A stretch of 62,802 nucleotides of DNA, the filler included, from Choristocarpus tenellus KU-1152 (lineage: Eukaryota; Protista; Phaeophyceae): the NCBI GenBank assembly GCA_964200185.2. It is 11 parts of 11 records of this genome, joined end to end, with 100 filler letters (N's around TTAATTAATTAA, not from the genome) between each part and the next. Parts side by side here need not be neighbours in the genome. Positions count along the whole stretch, not along the records: positions 35,872 to 42,211 come from CAXNAD020008351.1; positions 42,312 to 47,898 come from CAXNAD020010334.1; positions 47,999 to 58,311 come from CAXNAD020002994.1; 8 more parts are not named here. One strand, given 5' to 3'. Positions 39,195 to 50,108 of the stretch are shown here, one piece after another (within the stretch, counting starts at the first letter, position 1; the number at the start of each line of letters is the position of its first letter). The position numbers were made by a program, and so were the translations under genes. The notes under the pieces were generated by a model. It did no database searches and was not told the DNA's origin. It saw only the letters and a program-made list of their open reading frames with translations.

Positions 39195-40149
39195 TGGTAC
39201 ATGGACGGCGAGATGATCCCCATCACTAACTATATCAAAATGCAACATAAGTTCGACAACACTCCTTGACATGAATTTGCTACCGTTGCCAAGAAGTTGC
39301 TGAAAATCTTCAGCAGGGGGGATCTCACTTTGATCCTCAGCAAGAACTAGTAGACCCCTTCTCCATGTTGTGAAGACATGAAAAAACTATGGGATAGAAA
39401 CCTAACGTACAATATACTGTGTTAAAAGTATTGTCTGTCGAATAACCTAGTGTTATCCTTACGTTATCTGTGCTGAAACAAGTATATAACATAGGTTTCA
39501 CGTACGTTTATCTTTGGGTTTGGTACAATACAAAGTAGTAATGTGCATAGCGGTATGATGGGTCAGTCTTTGGTCACACATCAGAGATAATCGATGGCTA
39601 AGACAAAGGCCTAGTGGATAATTCATATTCAGTGTGTGCTTTACCATGTAATTCAACTGCTAGCTTTCGGCGACGAGCCTTACGTGCGCCAAGTTTCTCA
39701 GCATTGTCCACCTCGTGTAGAAGTAGAAGTAATAAACAAAGAAAAGTTGCTTGGAGTTTGTAGCGTGATCGATTAACACAACGTAGGGCATGCACCACCC
39801 TACGAAGTCAGAATTTTTTTCTCTGATAAAGTTCTGGTCATACCGACTACTGAAGAATGTACCTGGACTCCATATACATTTGACCAAAATTCTCATATAG
39901 AGTTGTGAGAGTCTAATCGAACATCAAGTTGAGGTAATAGCATGCCAGGTTCGACAACCCTAAAACAGACGGCTCAATTTCCACCCATAACCTGAAGACG
40001 AAAGGTATACCTTTGGAACACCATCATCCTGATTTTCCAATGCACCATTATTTGGCATTAATAGATTGTGAAAGGTTCAGTGATACAGTAACGAAGGGTG
40101 ACATACAAAATGGGATTTTGGTTCGAAAAAAAATTGAAACCTAGCGCAA

Positions 40150-41300
40150 CCTACAAGTAGGAGCGAGCTTTGGTAAATGATAGAGATCTATAAAATAGAA
40201 CAATAAAAATACGATGTACTAGTCCAGGCGGAAATATAGCCTAGATTTGGATGTCAGAAAAACGTTCTAGGTTTGGGTCAGAATGAACTTCAGCCGTTGT
40301 GTTGCACCTTGCTCAATGATCAAAGGAAATGAGAGGATCTCAGTTTTATCCCGATTTGCAGTTTAATTCTGTTTTTCAATCTTTTGCAATTCACCCATAT
40401 TTCTATGGATGAAGTTCGAAACTTGACCTGAGAGCATATATTTCTCTATGTTTAAAAAAATTGTGTATATCTTCCTAAAAAAGCCAAATTTCCCACATAT
40501 TTGTCAGCATCATTGCTACTCTTTGCATTTGCTCAAAGTATCTGGGAGGGGGTAGCGGCTGTCCAATTGGGGTAATTGTTTTTTCACAATTCTTGGGTAA
40601 TTTGGTTGCATACTTAGGATGGATACTGTAAATGCACTTTTCCTTCTTTTGGTCCAAATGGACACCCTAGTGTAGACCCTCTCCCCCTCCCAGATACTTT
40701 GGGTCATTTCTTGTTTACTCTTTGACTTTCATCAGAGCCTCCTAGCCATCATAGAGATAGTACTTCTAACCCTCCTGCTGATTAAAAAACCTTCTCATCC
40801 ACATGGACAAAGTCTTCGAAATGACGGAAACTCTTTGAGCCTCCAGGTCCCTTAGTGACCCATGTGTTGCCCTCCTCATCCTGTGTAGCTTGTGCTCAGA
40901 AGCAAGAAACAGCGTAAGATAGGTTGTATCGTGCCCCTAGACCAAGAAGCTTCTCCACGTTGCCATGCAGAGTGGACCACAGAATACCTATGAGCTCCCA
41001 CTGCACGCTGTATCCATGTAGTTTTATGGGAATCATTTTTAAGGCATCTGGAAGGTTATTGAAGTTGATCCCTTTGCGACCGCAGATGTCCCCTTCCATT
41101 GCATAACCATTGATAGTACCCGTAACACTGGCATCCTTTCAGCTCTTGAGGACCTTGCAAAGCCTTGTGATGGTCAAATAAATTATTGCACTCGATTATC
41201 TTGGTTGGCAACTTGCTTAATGTTGCTGTGATAGGACCCCTTCCTGGTCCCTTGAAGCTGCTCCACAATCGCTGCCCTTTTTTCAACAAGGTTCAGACTC
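40150..41300 (-). pseudogene. Tc1/mariner (DD39D-like) transposase relic interrupted by a MITE
   Basis: ICGRKGINFNNLPDALKMIP...GILWSTL and HFEDFVHVDEK (family motif VH(I/V)DEKWF). Confidence 0.65.
40531..40705. mobile_element. MITE subfamily A, complete
   Basis: TIRs GCTCAAAGTATCTGGGAGGGG / CCCCTCCCAGATACTTTGGGTC; ATTT on both sides. Confidence 0.85.
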
Positions 41301-42477
41301 TTTCTGTTGATTAATTCTAACATATTTTTGATTGGTCCACGTGTGTGTGCCTAGTGTGTCACTGGAGCAGGTGAAACTGGGGATTTAATAGTAGTCTTGG
41401 TTTCACCCTTCCTTTGCTCACGAATTCTAGATAAAGACAATCCTCCTCTTCTTAAGACATATATCCACTCCACTCTTCCTCAAACAATATGGTACCACTC
41501 GTACGTTACCATACCAACTCTGCAGTCATTTTCCGTTGAATCACTTGCTAGCGAGTGCAGCCAATTTCCACCAAACAGGTGCACAGTGACCAACCAATGC
41601 AAGCAATTTCCGCCACTAGTTTTCAGTCATAGAGACAACACGGTTATCAACGAGTCGGCCAATTTCCACCACTGGTATCCAATCACCAATTATACAGTGA
41701 ATTTTCTTGAATCCACCCTCACACCAATCCTCCAAAACACCTTAACTCCATCCATATCGCTCCAAAATCCTCCACAACACATCAAATTCACCCCAGAACA
41801 CCCCACAATCATCCCCTCCCGTACCATGCTGTCCATTTGAACTAGAAGACTTCTACCCCACCTGAGCTTAGCTTCCCCCCCTCCCCCAACATCCCACTCA
41901 ATCGTGAGTCATTAAGAGGGTTGGTGGTGGGAAATATTTCTCAGGAGTCACCCTTGGTCCTGCCCCGTTTTGTCCCTCTCTCTGCTCTGTGTTTGTCTCT
42001 GACCTCTAATTCTGTCTCCCTCAGCAGATAGAAGGTGGCACTGTTTCTTTTCAGCGTTAATATTTGGTTTTTGTTTCATCTCATTTCTGTGTCAGCAGTA
42101 GGGGATGGAGGAGGTTTGCTTTCTTACTGTTTGTCACCACCCCACAACACATAACAGGGGATTCGCAAAATTGAGGGAGGAGTGGGACTATGAGGAACGT
42201 TGTTTTGCTAANNNNNNNNNNNNNNNNNNNNNNNNNNNNNNNNNNNNNNNNNNNNTTAATTAATTAANNNNNNNNNNNNNNNNNNNNNNNNNNNNNNNNN
42301 NNNNNNNNNNNCCCCACCCCCCGTTTTCCATTTGGTTTGGGGTAGCGGTGCGTTTTGAGTGCTGTAACTGTTGCTGGTTTCTCACAAATGACCCTTTCCA
42401 TATGACTGCCTGCCCCTCTTTCATTGTACTCTTTGCTGTTCGTTTTTTGCCTCAACACACGTGAAACACACTTGAAG

Positions 42478-44114
42478 CTGGGCCCCGCTTTGCAAGACTT
42501 AATGGACCTTGCCACAACAGTGGGCATCGAGGTGATTGTGGAGGTACACACACCCGCGGTAAGAGTGAGAGAAAAATAAAAAAAGGAAAGAGACTAGGGT
42601 ACTAACACTACTACTACTAATACTACCTCTGTATGTTTGGGGGGTGAGAGGTTTGGCCTGTAAGAAGGAACAGGAAGAGCTTAGGGGGAAGTAGAGAGGG
42701 GGTGACTTGGCAGTGTATACTAATTTTTTTTTATCATTGGGGGTGTGACTGGAAAGGAGAAAGGATTCGGTGCAGTATGGTGCTGACATAGGAAGGTGGG
42801 AGGGGGGGGAGGGGGAGGAGAGGAATAGTTGCTATTTATTACACCCAGGATAACGTAAGGCTTAATAGTATTTGAGGTATATACTAGAGCGCTACCCTAG
42901 AATGTTCAGTATTGTTCAGGAAAACATCGGAGGGTCTGGTTGCTTCACATAGTCCGTTGTCCAGCAAATGTACAAGCCTATTTGCCTCCATGGCATGCAC
43001 TGTTCAAAACAATGCTGTATCCGCTTGCTCGATTGTTATAGAGATCTTGTCAAACAGGTTAAGTGTACAATGCGATATGAAGAAGAAATGTGGTAGAAAA
43101 AGAACAACCAGGACAAACATCACTCATAGTGTCAAGCATCAACCGTAGAGTCCACTGCCAACAAACACTCGGGACAAAAAAACAACATAACCTCTCTCCT
43201 ACCCATCGCTTGGTGCCATTTGGTCTGTACCACACCCGTTGTCCAGAAAATGCCTATTCATTTACAATACTAAATTATCAAGTTGTGTTATTATGCGAGC
43301 ATTATGTTGTCCTGGGTGTGCATTTTATCACAGTAAGGTACTGCAACAGTGTGGCTGGTCCAAATCTTTCCAGTTTTTATTTTATTATACGCATTTCACA
43401 CCTTCACACCTTTGCGGTACAGGTTCTTGTCACAGTGCTGGTCCTTACGCAGTCACTTGTGAAGACCTTCCACATCGCTTTGTTTGTTTTGGCCAGGAGT
43501 GTGAGAAGGCAATGGAGTACGGTGCATCTGTGATCATGATCAACAATTGGGACCGGATCACAGGGAAGCTCTACCCGAACCAGGCAATGGCCCTCCGATA
43601 CATGATACCAGATGTGGTGAGGTGTATGTAGAGATTAGTTAGGCGGAGGGGAGGGAGGGGGGGAAGACAGACCAAGGTACGGATTGGTGCCATTTGTCGA
43701 TGATTTCGCATCTCTTCAACTCGGAGCTTTGCAGTGAGAGGAGAGTGGTACAGTGTATCTGTGAGAGGAACCGTCACCACCATGATGAGTTAGCTTTTTC
43801 TGCGAGGGGTATACCTCATATTGCCATACCTACCCACATTTTTTTGGCATCACCTCACCTCATTTAAGCTTCCCCCACCTGCATGGGTATTTACTCTCCT
43901 CCTGCAGATGCTGTCAATTGTCGCTGGAGGAGTTGACACCGTGGACAAGGCAGCAGTGCTATCGGATGAAGGTTTTGATGCAGTGGTGTTGGGCAGGGCC
44001 TTGGCCCCTGGCAGGGGGATGGAAAACTTGATAGAAGGAGTTGTGAACCGGGTTGGTGTGCCACGGAATATGCTGGGGATGGGGATTCGAGCGGAAGAGC
44101 TTGACAACCTGTAA
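42478..44114 (+). CDS. Indole-3-glycerol-phosphate synthase-like TIM-barrel protein, last three exons (42478-42558, 43497-43616, 43908-44114)
   Basis: Phase-0 GT-AG introns join LGPALQDLMDLATTVGIEVIVEVHTPA / ECEKAMEYGASVIMINNWD... / IVAGGV...GFDAVVLGRAL; VEVH, INN and G.DAV.LG are IGPS hallmarks; 5' part lies beyond the contig. Confidence 0.85.
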
Positions 44115-44549
44115 CTGAACCAACTGTCTAGTGTGTACATTGAAGCAAACTGTGTTCCCCTGTTGCATTAATCAGCCTGTTGAGTTCCGTTTTCAGACAT
44201 TGGGATAGTGACAGGGTGGCGTGAGTGTACCACCCTCCAAGTGCTCTACCACTGACCACTAGTAGGACGGGCAATGCGAGGACTTGTTAGTCCCTCATTG
44301 GCACGCGCTTGCGGCATGTCGGTCCTGTTGTCCAAGGAACAGTGTTGTGTACTTGCATGTCTCTCGGTCAAGGTGAGTTATTTGAGATGAGGCGTACTCC
44401 CATTTAAAATATGTCTGTAAATAGTGTCTGGGGTTGATTCAACTGAGGCTTCCAATTGCAATAGGTGGAATAAAGGAGTTACTTGTTGCATATTTTATGT
44501 TCTTTAGTAGGGTAGTAGAATGTTTTTGACAAGAATCAATGTAGGAGAA

Positions 44550-45730
44550 TGATGCTCTCACTGCCTGTGTGGTTGAGTTACCAGCAAAGAGCTCTGTTTG
44601 TCCACGCCTTCCACAAACAGATGAGGTCTCGAGAAGAGTTGTACGTCAACCCATTCAGGTTATGTTGAAGAATTCACTCTTTTATAACACATCCCAACAA
44701 TGTTACACTTCTGTCTGCCTGTCTCTGGAGTCTTCATTAACATTGTCTTGTGCCACACCTTCTGTTGTATATGCCCCCTCTCACTCATCCAGTGCAAGTG
44801 TCGAAGAATTAGTGCGGATGTGAAGGTGTCGCTTTGAGCAATTGCCACTATCATTACTGTATGTACAGTACCATGTTTTGACAGTGCTACTGTCCAACAA
44901 AAGAGAAGGATGAAGGAAGATCCATTGTTTTTCCTAACGCGTCAGGCGACCCTTTGTCATGACTCGCCCCTGTGTCTTGAATGCTGACAGTGTGTTGTGG
45001 TGAGAGGGCAAGGAGGGCGACCGAGCAACATGGCAGCAATTAGACATACTTCGTAGCAATGAAATGTATAGTCCATACATGTCTTGTATCAATCGTAGCA
45101 TATGCTAAAATGTGTTGTGTATGACACTTCCATACTTTCTTGGTACTGTGAAGAGCAAGCAGAAATGTTGTTTGCAAGGGATCATCTCGTAATTGCCTTT
45201 CAAATTTTTCCAATGTACTGCAATGTATTCAGACTAGGTGGGTGTCGAGAATGGGCAGGTAGGTAAGGGTACTCCTGACAGTATTTTTGAATCTTGACCA
45301 AGTTTGGTCACTGGCAACAGTGTGTATGACTGTTGTGAGGAATGACTGCTGATGATGTGAAGGTTGTACCTTGGGATGACAATTTCCTTCCCACTAGGGG
45401 TATAAAGGGGGTTACAGTTGAGAGCTCTTTTCAGTATAGAACTCAGGGGGGAAATGCTGTACTAGTCAAGATTCTGATGCCATCAACAGTAACTATTATG
45501 AGGTCATACCTATGCCACCGCCCTCCAATTTCATTTTTGGTGGAAATACAGAATTTTCCGGATTTAGTCCTCACCAGCCAAAAGAGGACTGACTGAATCA
45601 TAAAACGCCTACATGGTGTATACATCAGCATGAATTCTATATAATGTGCATATGCGGATGGTAAGATTTGGGGATACAAGGTATTTATCTTCTCTTGATT
45701 GTCTGATTTTGATACTTCCTCCATTCGGAA
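44550..45730 (-). mobile_element. Very degenerate LTR-retrotransposon pol remnant, copia-like
   Basis: FWLVRTKS and DGIRILTS..PP are integrase-like, followed by IDTRHVW and GRVMTKG, which are RT-like; weak similarity. Confidence 0.3.
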
Positions 45731-46049
45731 TCTTACGTCATATTACTTTTGCAAAGTGCCTTCTCGCCCAGGAATGACCTACATAATAAACCCTTTGGGC
45801 AAGCCTTAGTTCTGATATAGATTGGGAAGCGTGCAAAGTTTGAAATAGTGTGCTGTCATGACTGTGGAGGATCACCAGTGAAAAGTCAGCCAAGTCGCAT
45901 TTGATAGGGTTCAAAAACCTCATGAAACTGTCAAAGCAGGTGTTTATTGGGATGCCTAGGACTAAGGCGCCCTATAGTTCGAGTGGGTCGCTTATCCCAT
46001 CGGCCCCATTTCTTCAACACAAAAGTCTGTCCGGGGTCCAGACTCAAAC

Positions 46050-47810
46050 ACCCCAATGAAGAACAGCAGGGTGCGCAATGCCTGGAGGTGAGAGGTTGTA
46101 AGTCTAATACGCCTTGGAGGACAGCGGCGACCATCTTGGAGGACTTTGGAATTTCCTGAATCACCATGTTCCGTCATCTGAAGGAGTATGACAACCAGAT
46201 CGCACAGGGTGAATGCATGGACCTTTTATGATGTCACAAGGGGCAACATGGCCGCCGTACAACTATCCTCGACATTTGGGATGTCCCATTGGTACACCAC
46301 ACATCCTTCTGCAATGGACGGCCAAAGTTGGGATCTCCCTTGCCTCTATGTGGGATATGTGCAACGCGACAAGCTGAAGGTCAAGCGGTGGAATAAACCA
46401 GTCCTCTGAGACCAGCAGAAAGTCAACAGGGTAGCCATATGCACAGGAGGGGGGAGAGTGAGGTATTAGTGGACAATCTACTCCCTCTGTTCCATAAGTT
46501 TGTGGGATTATGTGCATAACTCTTCAAGATCAACTCCAATTGCAAAACGGATTGTTGCACTGGATTCCTCGACGTTTTTTGGATTAGAATTAATCGTCGG
46601 CACTGTCTTCCTCTGGATCAACCCACCAAGCAAGCGTTGCCTCATAAGTGTGTCAATTACCACCACTCTCACCAACTCCCCCCTTTTCTGCCCTTGCTCA
46701 CTTCATGTGTGGTAGACCTCGAAATCATTACCACCCCGTGCTTTGAACACTTATATGTACCTCTTGCCAAGGTTCTGCCACACCCTCTCAAGTGTCTCAC
46801 TGTCATACTCGTCGAACATTGCCAAAGCACCCTCAATCACCTCGTCAATTGTGTCGTAACTGACCTTCCAGACTCTACTTTTGAGGGACGCAAAAAAAAA
46901 ACACATCGTTTACGTTCAGGTCTGGTGATTGCGCTGGCCGCATCACAAGCTTGATATTCCATCCCCCCTACCTGTCCACCTCCTTGAGCTTTCACAGTGT
47001 GTCAAGATCGGTGTGGGGCATGGTGCCATCCTGGTGCAAGATCGCATTCTCGTGATGTTACCAGAGCATCGCCTGCACGATCGTCAGCAGAAGAGTCTCC
47101 ATCTGGTATCATACGTGATCGATCGTCACATCGACTCATACTCCTCGTCTCTCGTGAGACTCATCGTGGTCCACTACGGTACGGTTCTCCATGTTGGTTT
47201 CCTGTATCTTCACGATCTTCGACAGGGTGAGTCCGAGGACCAATGTGACCTTTTTCTTGTAGTCAGGTTGAGCATGTGCCCTTCAGCAAGCTGTTCGGCG
47301 ACCCATTTCCAGAGGTGCCCGGGATAATTCTTGCCAACCTTGAACTCCTCCACCGGGGTGCTGCCAACACCTTTGGGTAGGAGTTTTGCCGCGCTCAGTT
47401 GGCATACCGTTTTATATGTTTTGGGGCTCTCTGCACCACCTGTGGGACTCCCAGGCTCACTAATAGTGCTTCAGCGGCTTTCCATATCTGTTCTCGGATA
47501 CTCGTAGTTGTTTGAGGTGGTGGGGGCAGTAGTTTGCGCCTTCAAGAGTTGGTATTTTCCGTCTATGAAGGTCCGAAAATACCCAGTTTTCGGTTCTACT
47601 TTTTAGGGTTAGACTAGAATCAAATTTCAATATCTAAGGTATGGGCATGTAGTAGAAAAGGTTTTCTTTCATATGAGCTGCTGTTTATTATTCCGAATAG
47701 TTCTAGATCTCGAGATATGCAGCTCTGAACATAATCCCGCAAACACATGAAACAGAGGGAGTATATGACTGGGTGCTTGTGGACAAGAAGTGGTTTCACA
47801 TCCTCAAAGA
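46050..47810 (+). pseudogene. Outer Tc1/mariner (DD39D-like) transposase relic, split by the inner element and cut by a MITE at 47812
   Basis: DFGIS.ITMFRHLKEY (HTH) and KPVL.DQQKVNR; removing the insert restores DNL|YDWVLVDKKWF. Confidence 0.75.
46481..47761 (-). mobile_element. Tc1/mariner element with both ends, TA TSD and decayed transposase (1281 bp)
   Basis: 33-bp TIRs CTCCCTCTGTT(C/T)CAT..GTTTG(T/C)GGGATTATGT; TA at 46479-46480 and 47762-47763; ILHQDGTMPHT, NIKLVMRPAQSPDLNVND, ETLERVWQNL...GGNDF. Confidence 0.9.
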
Positions 47811-47998
47811 TGACTCAAAGTATCTGGGGGGGCGGGGGGGGTGGTTAGTGAAGGGGCGTCCGTTTCAGTCAAACACCTCTTTTTTTTGCTGACATTTCNN
47901 NNNNNNNNNNNNNNNNNNNNNNNNNNNNNNNNNNNNNNNNNNTTAATTAATTAANNNNNNNNNNNNNNNNNNNNNNNNNNNNNNNNNNNNNNNNNNNN

Positions 47999-49427
47999 CC
48001 TTCTACCTCAGAGTCTCTTCAGTCTTCCTGTAACATATTGTCGCTCTCCTGGCGTAAAATTACTATGACGCAACTCCAAGATGAAAGTATATGCCAAGCA
48101 CATCAAAAGAAACAACGAATGTCACTCTGGGCTATTCTTCCCCTTGAGTTGGCCTTTATCCACTCTTTGCGGACAGTCGCCATTCCATTTGCAATAGCTT
48201 CTTCGTCGACGCTGCCTGCTTCACTGTGGAGTAGCACACTTTTGAGATTGTTGCGGATGACAAAATTTGTTACCCAGTGTTCGCTTGCGTTGAATTCGCT
48301 GAGCCGCTGGCGTTCTTCGTCGGACTTCACACTGCTGAGGAGCTGATCTCTCGCCTTCCGTCCTAGCATCTGGAGGGTAGCTCGATTGGATGGAAGCTTT
48401 GCAGCCCGCACTTCTTCAAAAAGCACGAGAGCTTTTTCATTTACCTTTCACAACAAGTGACATGGAGATGACAGTGGGGCATGTCAGCGAGAGTTTGCGA
48501 CACTGTTCTTCACGGAACGCAGATTAGAAAAGAGCAATTCGCTCCATACATCGATTCAACGTCACGACCAAAAACTTCAAGATCACAGTCGCACCGCTTA
48601 AAAACCGCACAATACGAAAGTACTCCGGACTCACCTCGGGAAACTTGGGCCCTTTGAGAGACTTTGCTTTCCCTGCCCCCGGTCTCGAATGGAGTTGCTC
48701 CATGATTTTCTCTTCTTCAGCCCGGATTTTCCTCACTATCCTTTCAGCGATGTTGAATTTTTCTGCGACGAAAGCGACTTTGAGCCTCTTGTTCTTGAGG
48801 TTGTCAAGCACTTCTGACTTCGTGTTCAACGTCAAGTTGGACCGCTTTGTTCCATGGCCCCTCCTGGAAGGTGCACTAGATTTCTGCCCGCGGCTGCCAG
48901 CTGCAGCACCACACGAGCTACCATTCAGTGAGTCGAGCGATGAAGCCGATAACAATGCGCACTTGCCGTAAGCGCCCGCAACTTGCTGCAGTGCCAAGCA
49001 CCGCCCCTCACACAAACGTTGGCACTCATCGTTGAGTTCAGGATCCTTTACACCACATATACCATGGAGGTACCCACCGCACTTACGGCACTTGTGGATT
49101 GTGTAGAAAGAAAGGCAGACCCGGTGTGTTTGAAGGCATCTTGCAGAGGTTTCCCGCAGCACAAGGCATGGCTTCCACTTTATTCCTCTACCAGCAACGT
49201 ACTGTATACTGCTGTATGGTAGCATGACCCAAGAAGAAGGGCACTTTTCGCGACAAATTTTTTCGCGCGCGCCAAACTCTCGTGAATATCTCTGGGAGTT
49301 TGTGCCAAATCGCCCGAGAATTCCGGTACAAAAGCCTATTTTTTTGAGCATGTCGAAACAATCGGTACAAAATTGCATATTTTCGATGTGTTTAATAATG
49401 TTTAGCCCAAAATAAGGTAACCTACTG
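47999..49427 (-). mobile_element. pogo/Tigger (Tc5) transposon, internally deleted and frameshifted; N-terminal Cys/His finger, HTH-psq and CENP-B HTH
   Basis: TA|CAGTAGG terminus at 49427; probable start 49169; HKCRKCGGYLHGICG; KRSNLTLNTKSEVL; intron 48445-48634; FNASEHWVTNF...LHSEAGSVD; DDE core missing. Confidence 0.85.
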
Positions 49428-50108
49428 TAGTGAATTTCATTCTGTCCAAATGTGAGAGTCATATTCCACAGAAGGTATACCCTGAAGGTAACCTATCTTG
49501 AACATCATGTATAAGGTATACCCTGAAGGTGACCTATATTGAGCATCATAATATTCATGTTGCTTTTGTTGCTCTTGCATGTTGAAGGTAACATCTACTT
49601 AAAGTAAGATTGTGTGATTTATTTGGAGTGCCCTTCCAAATTCCCCCCTCCTTCACTCTTCCTGCTTGTTGACTCTTTTCCTGAGTGAACTTCTCTCCCT
49701 CTTTGACCTTGTCTCTCTTTGATCTGTCCTCCTGTGGGTCTTCCCGCTCCCCTTTATTTCGAAGAACCTGTCGGCTTGTTACCTGTTTCACACAAACGCT
49801 CTATTATCTCACCTCCACACTATCTAATCGGTTCACTTCGGTTCTCGGAATTACAGGCAAAATTACTCAAAACAATATCCAATTTTGATACTACTGTTCT
49901 TTCAAAACAATAACTACATATACAGTTGACAGAAACTAATCGGATTAATAACTCAAAGCATCAATTCACAAACACTTGCAAGACCTCGCAACTATTTTGT
50001 TGATGAAGGAACTCCCATAGTACGTTGTGCGATAGACTGCTTGCGACTTCGGGTTCGCTTTTCCTTTGTCACCTGACACTTGGCACTCTCTGTGCTCCTG
50101 TGACGGCG

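Noticed and set aside
45930-46480. Gypsy RNase H on the minus strand
   Set aside because: Better explained as a plus-strand mariner N-terminus that rejoins in frame across the insert.
48524-49462. Intact 312-aa protein
   Set aside because: The ORF begins outside the TIR, crosses a probable frameshift and ends in an intron; it is a pogo relic.
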